Made by a program: the position numbers and the translations under genes. From the NCBI GenBank assembly GCA_048887225.1, contig JBHLJY010000023.1, positions 1-42,135 on the forward strand: a DNA stretch of 42,135 nucleotides, in the 5' to 3' direction. This stretch comes from Candidatus Hodarchaeota archaeon (GTDB taxonomy: Archaea > Asgardarchaeota > Lokiarchaeia > Sigyniarchaeales > SOKP01). The notes under the pieces are model-generated. The model saw nothing but the letters and a program-made list of their open reading frames with translations, ran no database searches and had not been told where the DNA came from. Each line of letters begins with the position of its first letter. Positions within the stretch are counted from its first letter, which is position 1. Positions 10,074 to 19,047 of the stretch are shown here, piece by piece.

Positions 10074-10319
10074 TTACTTTTTTGAATTATTATTATATTC
10101 TTTAGAATGCTTTATTTCGTCTAAAATTTTTTTAATGTTATAAAGCATATAAAGCGCAATAGCACCTATAAAGCTAAAAACTACCCAAGAAAAAGATGTA
10201 AAGAGCGAACGATTAAATACATACCCTACACCAGCAATTACAGCTAATATAGCTCCCGTTATGAGCAAACATATTGCAAACCAGTTATTTTTATAAAGTT
10301 CGGAAAGCTTCATAGCCAT
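10074..10319 (-). CDS. Small membrane protein with two transmembrane helices
   Basis: Two hydrophobic stretches, ATG start, fills the intergenic space. Confidence 0.6.
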   Translation of the reverse strand: MAMKLSELYKNNWFAICLLITGAILAVIAGVGYVFNRSLFTSFSWVVFSFIGAIALYMLYNIKKILDEIKHSKEYNNNSKK

Positions 10320-10780
10320 GCGAAGATTTTTCCTCAGTTAATTTATCATATAAAATAGAAATTATTACGAAATAAATATTTTCAAAAAATAAACTACCTT
10401 AGATTACATTATAATTTGTGTATTTAAATTTATTTATTATAACGGATTAATAAGATTAAAGATATATTTGATTATATAAAATCTGCCTTAAATAAATTAA
10501 TAAGTCTTTTAATTAAAAGCAACTATACTAGGTATAATAGTATATTTTTAAAGTTTTATTTTATTTAATGTTGAGATTAATCAAAAGGAATTTGGACGTA
10601 TTTTATCAAAAAATAAATCAAATTTAATATTTAATATATATATGACTACATAGAATCATAATAAAATATAGGAAATAGAGTAGTTTTATTTAATCAAAGA
10701 TAAATTAAAAAATAAAATCAATGTAGAAAATTTCTAAAATATAAAAATTAGGTTCAAATGATAAATTTTTCAACTATAAT

Positions 10781-11464
10781 GTGTTAAGAATTATGATTGA
10801 ATTGAATAATTTAACAGAAAAAGAAGTTAAAAAGTTAAAAATTGACGATTTAACCCATATGTTCATGGATGCTATTAATGAACAGACTTTAAAATTTATT
10901 GAAGGTGTAGAATTTCTAATAAAAGAAGATTTTGATAATTTTGAAAAAAACTTGAACTATGTAATTGAAACGAAGACTGAAATTCAAATTAAAAAGGCGT
11001 TTGAAGCAAAAATATTTAAATCCAAATTAATGTTTTCGAAAGCTGATAGACTAAAGCTTTTTTCAAAAATTAACGATATTAAAACCATTGGGGAATACTT
11101 AGCAAATAAAATGCTTTTATATAAGGTAGTTTTTCCCGATGATGAGTTTAAAGCAAAAATTGATTTGATCTTGAAATATCTTAAAGAAATTTCAATAAAT
11201 TTATCCGATGCTGTAAAATCTATAGGTTCTGATTTAACTAGAGCTCATGATATTTGCGAAAATATCAAAGAAGAGAGAAGAAAGATGCGATTAGAAGAAT
11301 GGAATTTATTAAAACGGCTTTATAATTATGATATGGATTATCTTTCTCGGACTTTTCTTTATTTGAAAGAATTGATTGAAGGAATTATGATGTTGGCAGA
11401 TCATATGAAAAAGTTCTCTGAATATATTCAATTCTTAGTGACTAAATATTTCTATTTTAAATAA
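10781..11464 (+). CDS. DUF47/PhoU-like phosphate transport regulator (divergent copy)
   Basis: Helical-bundle repeat (DRLKLF..I.DI; LKELIEGI..LAD). First gene of the pit operon. Confidence 0.7.
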   Translation: MLRIMIELNNLTEKEVKKLKIDDLTHMFMDAINEQTLKFIEGVEFLIKEDFDNFEKNLNYVIETKTEIQIKKAFEAKIFKSKLMFSKADRLKLFSKINDIKTIGEYLANKMLLYKVVFPDDEFKAKIDLILKYLKEISINLSDAVKSIGSDLTRAHDICENIKEERRKMRLEEWNLLKRLYNYDMDYLSRTFLYLKELIEGIMMLADHMKKFSEYIQFLVTKYFYFK

Positions 11465-11485
11465 AGGCGATTCAAGGTCAATTTC

Positions 11486-12517
11486 ATGGAATATGAATTA
11501 GCAGCAATAATCATTGTAGTTTTAATAATTCTTGCTATTGGGCTCTCTTTTTCAATAGGAGCTAATGACGAAACTTCTGCACCATTAGCAGCGGCGGGCA
11601 ATTTAAAATTAAAGATAGTGTTAATAGTCGGAGGTGCTGCGATTGCTTTTGGTACAATATTTTTATCTGAAGGTGTTGCTAGTTTAGTGGGCGAAAAAAT
11701 CTTAGGACCTGGTATCAGGTACACAATCTTTATGCTTTTAGCAGTATTAATAAGTGCTATAATTTGGTTAATAATTGGTTCATTTGTAGGTATCCCATTA
11801 TCTAGCACTCATAGTTTGGTTGGTAGTATTTTCGGAGTTGTTATTGTATATGCTATGTTTTATGGAGGAGTAAATCCCGAAACTGCATTTAATTGGGAAA
11901 AGGTAATGGGTGTTGTTATATCATGGTTTTTAAGTCCATTATTTGGCTTATTGATAACATTTGCGCTTTATAAAATAATTGAGAAATTATATTTATCAAA
12001 AAAGAGAGGGCTAAATGATATTGAAAAATCAGAGAAAAATTTTGCTTGGGCTCTTTTATTAGCAATTTTCTTTGCTGAGATTTGGGTCGGAGCGAATTCT
12101 GCTGAGGCATTAGGGATTTTATATGCACTCTATAGCAACGGAGATCTGACTCTTGTTGGATATTATTTTTTTGTAGTAATTTGCGCAATTATGGCATTTT
12201 TAGGGTTATATATTGCGGGTCGATATGTAATTCGTAATTTAGCTAGTCAATTGACAGATGCACGGCCATCTGATGGTTTTATAATTCAACTTAGCTCTGC
12301 AATTATCTTAATGTTTTGTACAGCTATATTTAGTGTTCCTATTAGTCACAGTCATGTTATCGTATTCTGTATTATTGGTTTAAATTTAGCTCAAAAAAAG
12401 GAAGTAGATTATGGAAAATTAAGTAAGATGTTTATATTCTGGGTTTTAACTTTCCCATTGGCGGCCATTATGGCTGGACTTATCTACTTCGGATTTCTTT
12501 CATTTGGATTATACTAA
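11486..12517 (+). CDS. pitA: PiT family inorganic phosphate transporter
   Basis: Signature motifs GANDE, PLSSTHSLVG, GANSA and PISHSH. Confidence 0.92.
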   Translation: MEYELAAIIIVVLIILAIGLSFSIGANDETSAPLAAAGNLKLKIVLIVGGAAIAFGTIFLSEGVASLVGEKILGPGIRYTIFMLLAVLISAIIWLIIGSFVGIPLSSTHSLVGSIFGVVIVYAMFYGGVNPETAFNWEKVMGVVISWFLSPLFGLLITFALYKIIEKLYLSKKRGLNDIEKSEKNFAWALLLAIFFAEIWVGANSAEALGILYALYSNGDLTLVGYYFFVVICAIMAFLGLYIAGRYVIRNLASQLTDARPSDGFIIQLSSAIILMFCTAIFSVPISHSHVIVFCIIGLNLAQKKEVDYGKLSKMFIFWVLTFPLAAIMAGLIYFGFLSFGLY

Positions 12518-12586
12518 ACTATATAAACCAAAATTAAAATATATATTTATAAATCGCGAAATGAAAAAAATATTTGAAATACATAG

Positions 12587-13276
12587 GTGTTGATTATGGG
12601 ATCTCTTATTGAATACTTCAAGAAAAAAACGGCTGAAACTGTGCTTGAAAAATCAATCAAACATGCTCAAAAAGTTCAAGAAAGCGTTAATGAATTAAAT
12701 AGCGGTGTTAAAATTCTTTTAAAAGAAAAAGATCTTGAAAAAGCTCATAATATTTTTCATAATGTAGATACCTTAGAAGGAGAAGCAGATGATTTAAGAC
12801 GTGAAATTTTACAGGATATATCCAAGGGAGAGTTAAACCCTAGCGTCCGAACAGATTTATCTCATTTAATAAAGCGACAAGATGATGTGGCCAATTGTGC
12901 TACTGGAGTTGCAAGACGAATCAATACTATCCCAGCTAAATTCTGGAATCAAAGTAGTGAAGAGACAATTAATCTTGTATTAGAAATAATGAGAAAAACA
13001 ACTGAATGTGCTGGTTATTTAGATAAGATTGTGATTAATTTGCTGGGCGACAGAAAAAAGGTTAAAGAATTTAATGATAAAATCAATTTACTGGAACATA
13101 GTGTTGATCTCTTAAATATAAAATTAAGAAGCAGCCTACAAGAAACTAATTACGATGTAAATAATTTCACTATATTTACTGTAGGAAATTTATTTGATAT
13201 CATGGAAGCAATTTCAGACGCCATTGAAACTGTCGCAGACTATACTATGCAGTTATTAAGAAGTGCTACTGTATAA
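12587..13276 (+). CDS. DUF47 (TIGR00153-like) phosphate transport regulator
   Basis: LEGEADDLRR...R.DL..L...QDDVA and LEHSVD...ISDAIE.VAD repeats, adjacent to pit. Confidence 0.88.
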   Translation: MLIMGSLIEYFKKKTAETVLEKSIKHAQKVQESVNELNSGVKILLKEKDLEKAHNIFHNVDTLEGEADDLRREILQDISKGELNPSVRTDLSHLIKRQDDVANCATGVARRINTIPAKFWNQSSEETINLVLEIMRKTTECAGYLDKIVINLLGDRKKVKEFNDKINLLEHSVDLLNIKLRSSLQETNYDVNNFTIFTVGNLFDIMEAISDAIETVADYTMQLLRSATV

Positions 13277-13287
13277 TAAGTTAAAAG

Positions 13288-13346
13288 TAGGGGGATAAAG
13301 GGCGAATACGCAGCAAATATATCCCCACGGGCCTCTTTCATCCCTA
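13288..13346. other. GC-rich intergenic structured element (candidate ncRNA or 3'-UTR structure)
   Basis: 30/59 G+C in an AT-rich spacer. Helices GGGGATA/TATCCCC and GGGAT-AAAG-GGC/GCC-CTTT-ATCCC. Confidence 0.4.
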
Positions 13347-13447
13347 ATTTAAAAAATTTGTTTTAATAAATTTATGAAAATAAGATGATTAAAACTACAG
13401 ATTTATTTTATTAATATTATATAATAATATATTATATCAGATAATTA

Positions 13448-13882
13448 ATGATGATTATGGAAGAGGGAATTAAAAAAAGAATTCTTAAGGCAAAAGACAC
13501 AATTAAAATAAAAGTTAGGTTTAATGATACCGATGCTATGGGAGTGGTTCACTTTAAAAACTATTTAGTTTATTTTGATGACGGATTCGTCGCATTCATG
13601 CGCGCTATTGAAAATCCTGTCGAAAGTGCTGTAAAAAGTGGTATCGTATTTCCTGTTAAGAAAGTTGAGATAACATACGAAGAATCTGCTACATTTGGCG
13701 ATTATATTATTGTAGAAACAAGTATAAAAGAATTTGGAGAAAAATCAATCATGTTTCTACATAAGATATTTAGAGAATCCGATAATGCATTATTAGCAAA
13801 TGTAGAATGCGTCCGTTTAGTTATGGACTTAAATACGAAAAAAATACTTAATGTCGCAAAATTTTTTGCTGAATTCCTTTAA
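13448..13882 (+). CDS. Acyl-CoA thioesterase (4HBT/YbgC hot-dog fold)
   Basis: VRFNDTDAMGVVHFKNYL motif. Confidence 0.9.
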   Translation: MMIMEEGIKKRILKAKDTIKIKVRFNDTDAMGVVHFKNYLVYFDDGFVAFMRAIENPVESAVKSGIVFPVKKVEITYEESATFGDYIIVETSIKEFGEKSIMFLHKIFRESDNALLANVECVRLVMDLNTKKILNVAKFFAEFL

Positions 13883-13929
13883 TTCATAGATGGTTATTAA
13901 AAATTTATAGAAATATATTTCTTAACAAT

Positions 13930-14763
13930 ATGCCACTTGTAAAATTAGAAAATGGCGTAAAAATTAATTACCAGCTTAATGGAAAAGAAAATAGTGAATT
14001 ACTGCTATTAATTCATGGTTATGGTTCTTGGTTGCAAGGCTACGACGAGATTTTTGCGCTACTAACTGAAAAATTTTTAGTTTTAAGGTCTGATTTAAGA
14101 GGCCATGGTGATTCTGATAAGCCATTAGTTGATAATAATTACGAGGAGACTAAAAAATTTTATACAATAGATCATTTTGCCGAAGATAACTTTTTATTGT
14201 TAAAGAAATTAGGCCTTCTTGATAAATTCGAAAGGATTTCTATATATGGTCATAGCATGGGTGGTATGATATCTCAAGTTTTTGCTTTAAAATACACAGA
14301 CATAGTAAAAAAGTTGATCTTAGGAAGTACTGCTCCTAGTATGTATTCAGAAGGAATGGATGGAGTTATAAAAGACTATAAATCTGGAAAATTAGGAGAA
14401 CTACGCGAAAGTTTCATGCTAATAGCCCAAACCGCCTATACATATAAATTTAAAAAAAGTCATCCCGAACTTCTAGAAAAAGAAGTTGAGGCTAAATTAA
14501 AATGCCCTCCTGAAGTAATATTCGGAGCGATGGAAAATTTTGTGTATAATTTTGATGTTAGAGAAGATTTAAAGAGTTTGAATATCCATGTATTGATTAT
14601 TACAGGAAATAAAGATAGTCTTATGCCTCTTAAACGAAGTTATGAATTAGACGAGCTAATTCCAAACTCAAAACTAATAATTTTTGAGAAACAAAACCAT
14701 GGAATAAATGTCGAAATTCCCGAAAAAGTTGTGAGGGAAATAATTAATTTCATCGAAGAATAA
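13930..14763 (+). CDS. Alpha/beta hydrolase
   Basis: LLIHG, DLRGHG.S, GHSMGG nucleophile elbow, G..D and H completing the triad. Confidence 0.92.
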   Translation: MPLVKLENGVKINYQLNGKENSELLLLIHGYGSWLQGYDEIFALLTEKFLVLRSDLRGHGDSDKPLVDNNYEETKKFYTIDHFAEDNFLLLKKLGLLDKFERISIYGHSMGGMISQVFALKYTDIVKKLILGSTAPSMYSEGMDGVIKDYKSGKLGELRESFMLIAQTAYTYKFKKSHPELLEKEVEAKLKCPPEVIFGAMENFVYNFDVREDLKSLNIHVLIITGNKDSLMPLKRSYELDELIPNSKLIIFEKQNHGINVEIPEKVVREIINFIEE

Positions 14764-14778
14764 TTTAAATTAGACCTT

Positions 14779-14849
14779 TTTCATTGCTTATACTTTCGGG
14801 ATATAGAGCTCTGAGCGGAGAACTCACCGAGATAAAGTTGAGTATGAAA
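14779..14849. repeat. About 70-nt imperfect inverted repeat (long hairpin) between the hydrolase gene and dapL
   Basis: Nested arms TTTCA/TGAAA, TGCTTA/TGAGTA, ACTTT/AAAGT, CGG/CCG and GAGCTCT/AGAACTC. Confidence 0.5.
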
Positions 14850-14937
14850 TTTAAAAAAAATTACTATTCGAAAGATTTTTAATTTTTTATTAATGATTAA
14901 ATTCACATTTTCCTAAACCTTTTTTAAAATCATAAGG

Positions 14938-16125
14938 GTGGTTCAAATAAAAATAGAATATGCTGAAAGAATTGGGAGATTACCTCCATATATTTTTGCT
15001 GAGATTGAAGAGTTAAAATTAAAAAAGAAAAAAGAAGGTGTTGATTTAATCTCGTTAGGAATTGGAGATCCAGATTTATCCACTCCAGATTTAATACTAA
15101 ATGAAATGTTTGAACAAGCAAAAAATCCTGTAAATCAAAATTACCCTACTAGTATGGGGGAAGAAGATTTTAGAGAAGCTGTGGCTAGATGGTATAAGGT
15201 TAGATTCGGAAGTGATTTAAATCCAGATAATGAGGTTACTAATACAATTGGAGGTAAAGAAGGTGTTGCAAATATAGCTCGAGCTTTTGTAAATCCTGGA
15301 GATATTGTTTTATGCCCCAATCCAGGTTATCCAGTTTATGAAAATGGAGCAACAAAGCTCTGCGATGGCAAGCCATATTTAATGCCGATTTTAAAAGATA
15401 ATAACTTCCTTCCTAATTTAGAGGCAATTGATACTAAAATTTTGAAAAAAGCAAAAATTATGTATTTAAATTATCCGAATAATCCAACTGGAGCAATTGC
15501 ACCAATAGAATTCTTAAAAATGGCTTCTGAATATGCAGATGATTATAACTTTTTTATAGTGTACGATAATCCTTATTCAGAATTTACATTTGGTGATTAT
15601 ATAACTCCTACAATTTTACAAATCGATGAAAATCAAATAGAAATTAATAGTGCTTCTAAAATGTTCTGTATGACAGGTTTTCGATGTGGATGGGCGGCAG
15701 GTAATGAAGATATTATAAAAGGTTTACGAAGTGTAAAATCCCAAATCGATTCAGGATGTCCTATCTTTATTCAAAAAGCTGTTATAAAAGGATTAAATGA
15801 ATATAAATCCGAGAAAAAGCCCGAGATTGTAGAAAAAAATATCAAAATTTATGAAAAAAGACGTGATGTATTAGTTAATGGATTAAACGAAATTGGTTGG
15901 AAAACGGATAAACCTCAAGCAACATTCTATGTATGGACAGAGGTTCCAGAAAAATATTGCGATACCACATGTATGGAATTTGTAATAAAACTAATTGATG
16001 TTGGTGTAGTTATCACACCCGGTGTTGGTTTTGGTCAATATGGAGAAGGATTTGTAAGATTTGCTTTAACTCAACCTATTGATAGGATAAAAGAAGCCTT
16101 GGAAAGAATTAAGACCATTTTATAA
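14938..16125 (+). CDS. dapL: LL-diaminopimelate aminotransferase (class I PLP enzyme)
   Basis: LPPYIFAEI, SLGIGDPD, GGKEG, LNYPNNPTG, DNPYSE and SASKMF.MTGFRCG (PLP lysine). The substrate is inferred. Confidence 0.8.
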   Translation: MVQIKIEYAERIGRLPPYIFAEIEELKLKKKKEGVDLISLGIGDPDLSTPDLILNEMFEQAKNPVNQNYPTSMGEEDFREAVARWYKVRFGSDLNPDNEVTNTIGGKEGVANIARAFVNPGDIVLCPNPGYPVYENGATKLCDGKPYLMPILKDNNFLPNLEAIDTKILKKAKIMYLNYPNNPTGAIAPIEFLKMASEYADDYNFFIVYDNPYSEFTFGDYITPTILQIDENQIEINSASKMFCMTGFRCGWAAGNEDIIKGLRSVKSQIDSGCPIFIQKAVIKGLNEYKSEKKPEIVEKNIKIYEKRRDVLVNGLNEIGWKTDKPQATFYVWTEVPEKYCDTTCMEFVIKLIDVGVVITPGVGFGQYGEGFVRFALTQPIDRIKEALERIKTIL

Positions 16126-16132
16126 TTTCAAA

Positions 16133-16330
16133 TTATTTACTCTTTTTACTATATCTTTTCCATAGATAACCCAATTTTATCTCATCTTCAATTTCTAGTT
16201 CGGCTGGCTTTACATCAGAAATGTCCATGATTAAAGAATATGGCGATTTTGCTTTAAATGTTTTATTTTCGTAAAAATCAGCACTTAAATATTCTTCAAT
16301 CGTTTCTTCAGCTTTTTTCTCCAATTTCAA
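16133..16330 (-). CDS. Short hypothetical ORF or gene remnant
   Basis: 65 aa with a TTG start and protein-like composition. The upstream region is broken by stops. Confidence 0.3.
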   Translation of the reverse strand: MKLEKKAEETIEEYLSADFYENKTFKAKSPYSLIMDISDVKPAELEIEDEIKLGYLWKRYSKKSK

Positions 16331-16671
16331 TCATCTCTGATTTTTTCTTAGATCTTCAAGCAGGAACAAACACTTACGATCTCTTCTCTTAAATTTTTAC
16401 TCGCCAGCGAACAAATCCGTGAAAAATGTAAAAGAAAGAGATAAAAGGATTTGTTTCGCTTTATAATACTAGGATTAATACTTTTAACAATGAAGCATTC
16501 AACGTAGTATTATTCGAGATCATTACTATAGGATTATATCTTTTTATGTTATATAAGTTTTTTCATTAAAAACGACGAAATTAATCGGTTTTAAAGCAAT
16601 TAATAATTTTTTAAATCGATAATATTTTTAATTAAATCAGATATTACATATTTTTTTGAAAATTAGGAAAT

Positions 16672-18003
16672 TTGAGGATTATGAATAAAAAAATAGTGTT
16701 AGTCGGAGCTGGTTCAACTATGTTTGGACCCTCAATGCTAATGGATATTTTTCACAGCGATATTTTAGAAGGTTCGACTATAATGCTCCATGATATAAAT
16801 AAAGAGAAATTGGAAATAATTTATGAATTAATGCTTGCTGAAACTGAGAAAAGAGACAATAAATTCATCATAGAACGTTCGACTAATAGAGCCACAGCTT
16901 TTAAAAATGCAGATTTCATAATTAGTTCTATAGAGGTTGGAGATAGATTTAAATTATGGTGGCAAGATTATAAAATTCCAAGGAAGCACGGCTCTACACA
17001 AATACTTGGAGAATGTGGAGGTCCAGGTGGCAGTTTTCATGCTTGGAGAATCATACCACCAATTATAGATATTGTTAAGGATGCTGAACGAATAAGTCCT
17101 AATGCCTTTTTCATTAATTTTTCCAATCCTATGTCAAGGGTTTGCCTTGCAATTAAAAGAGCAAATCCTAGCCTTAATTTTATTGGGCTTTGTCATCAAA
17201 TTAGTTTTTTTAACCGGTATATTCCACGGATGCTTAATAAAAATTTAAAGGATTTAAAAATGACAGTAGTTGGACTAAATCACTTCGGATTTCTTATTGA
17301 TTTAGAAGATTTAAAGACAGGACAAAAATTAATGTCAGAATTTAATTCGAAAGCTATGGATTATTTCACACAACACGAAAATAGATTTGAATTCTCAAAA
17401 CTTACATTTGAAGTTTACAAGAGATTTGGCTATTTCCCCCATTCAGGAGATAACCATTTAGGTGAATATTTACAATTTGGGGAAGAGTTTACTAAAACAC
17501 AAGACATGGTAGATTGGATCAATAGACACGATCAGGAGGGGAACGCAATCTATTATAAAGTTCTTAGAACATATAAACACCTTAAAAAAGGTAAATTCCC
17601 TAAAAGGGGAATGTTACCTAAAGTTCCTTCTGGAGAACGCGCTATACCTATAATTGAAGCTATTTTAACAGATAAAAATTCTTATGAAAGCTCGGTGAAT
17701 ATTCCAAACGATGGCCTTATTGATAATTTACCTCAAGATTTAGTAATTGAAGGTCCAATTGTTGTAAACAAAAACGGAATTAAAGGAGTAAAAATAGGAA
17801 ATATACCTAAGCAAATAGCTGCATTATTACGCATTGAAGCAACGATTCAAGATTTATGTGTTGATGCTATTTTAAATAAATCAAGGGAACTTGCCTTAGC
17901 GTGTTTAGCAATTGATACCACAGTAAAAGGCTTTAATATGGCAGAAGATATATTTAACGAGATGATAGAGGTTCAAAAAGAATATCTGCCAAAATTTAAA
18001 TGA
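16672..18003 (+). CDS. Glycoside hydrolase family 4 (NAD+/Mn-dependent alpha-glucosidase/galactosidase); probable start ATG 16681
   Basis: KIVLVGAGS, GECGGPGG, INFSNPM, GLCHQ and GLNHF. Confidence 0.92.
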   Translation: MRIMNKKIVLVGAGSTMFGPSMLMDIFHSDILEGSTIMLHDINKEKLEIIYELMLAETEKRDNKFIIERSTNRATAFKNADFIISSIEVGDRFKLWWQDYKIPRKHGSTQILGECGGPGGSFHAWRIIPPIIDIVKDAERISPNAFFINFSNPMSRVCLAIKRANPSLNFIGLCHQISFFNRYIPRMLNKNLKDLKMTVVGLNHFGFLIDLEDLKTGQKLMSEFNSKAMDYFTQHENRFEFSKLTFEVYKRFGYFPHSGDNHLGEYLQFGEEFTKTQDMVDWINRHDQEGNAIYYKVLRTYKHLKKGKFPKRGMLPKVPSGERAIPIIEAILTDKNSYESSVNIPNDGLIDNLPQDLVIEGPIVVNKNGIKGVKIGNIPKQIAALLRIEATIQDLCVDAILNKSRELALACLAIDTTVKGFNMAEDIFNEMIEVQKEYLPKFK

Positions 18004-18033
18004 GATAAAAACTTAATTTCATCTTTCAAAACG

Positions 18034-18888
18034 CTATTTGTGTTTAATGAATGTGCCTCTTCGATATTCCTCAAAAGCAATCCTTAACTCTTCTTGAGTA
18101 TTCATTACAATTGGTCCATACCAAGCGACCGGTTCACCAATAGGTTTACCTGAGATTAAAAGAAAGTGAACATCCTTATCATCTGTGCTAATGTTAATTT
18201 CATCTCCATCATCAAAAATTATAAGTTGTTCGACTTTTTTTATTGGATCCCGATTCTCATCAAAGAAGCCTTCTCCCTCATATATATAAGCAAAAACTGT
18301 ATGTCCAATCTTGGTTTGATGAGTAAATTCCGAATGAGGCTTAATTCTAACATCCAAATACTCTGGATCTGTTACAATATCTTGTACGGGTCCCATAGTA
18401 CCATTAAGTTCTCCACAGATGATTTTAACTTCCACACTATTGTCCAAATGAACAATTGGTATTTGATTTTTTTTCACATCTCGATATCGAGGATCCATCA
18501 TTTTATGTGAGGCAGGAAGGTTTGCCCATAATTGAAATCCTATCATAAAGCCATCTGTACGTTTTGGCATTTCTTGGTGAATTATTCCACTTCCCGCTGT
18601 CATCCATTGAACATCACCAGATTCAATAACACCACCATTCCCTAAGCTATCTCCGTGTTCTACCTTTCCTTTGAGCATATAAGTAATTGTTTCAATCCCA
18701 CGATGAGGATGCCATGGAAAACCAGCTAAATAATCGTCAGGATTATCTGATCCGAAATGATCTAAGAGTAAAAAGGGATCCAATAAAGGTACTTCATTAT
18801 TACCAAACGCACGTTTTAACCTAACTCCTGCACCCTCAAGTGTTGGTATACTTTTAAAAGTCATCTTAATCTTTCGTATTTTAACCAA
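18034..18888 (-). CDS. Pirin family protein
   Basis: DPFLLLDHF, HPHRGIETITY, WMTAGSGIIHQE and GPIVMNT. Confidence 0.95.
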   Translation of the reverse strand: MVKIRKIKMTFKSIPTLEGAGVRLKRAFGNNEVPLLDPFLLLDHFGSDNPDDYLAGFPWHPHRGIETITYMLKGKVEHGDSLGNGGVIESGDVQWMTAGSGIIHQEMPKRTDGFMIGFQLWANLPASHKMMDPRYRDVKKNQIPIVHLDNSVEVKIICGELNGTMGPVQDIVTDPEYLDVRIKPHSEFTHQTKIGHTVFAYIYEGEGFFDENRDPIKKVEQLIIFDDGDEINISTDDKDVHFLLISGKPIGEPVAWYGPIVMNTQEELRIAFEEYRRGTFIKHK

Positions 18889-19047
18889 GGAAAAAACCTC
18901 TTAAAAGAATTCAAGAATTAGTATAAAATTTTAAGTATTAAATTTTTACTTTATTAAAATTAGCATTTCTTCATAAAATATAAATAAGTCATAAATTATA
19001 ACCACTTAATAATAGCACTTATTTTATGATGAATACTAATCTTTGCT

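Noticed and set aside
6949-10319. Integrated element at the tRNA-Thr
   Set aside because: No integrase and no duplicated tRNA 3' end seen; the downstream genes are ordinary.
10320-10780. Long AT-rich spacer as a replication origin or CRISPR leader
   Set aside because: No ORB repeats, cdc6 gene or repeat-spacer array; only a weak TATAC-TAG-GTATA dyad.
13288-13346. Assignment as an HDV-like ribozyme (GGCGAAT), fluoride riboswitch or C/D sRNA
   Set aside because: Only fragments match; the required P1/P3 topology or D boxes are missing. Kept as an unassigned element.
14779-14849. Lysine riboswitch upstream of dapL
   Set aside because: Too short, lacks the conserved core, and lies upstream of the apparent dapL TATA box.
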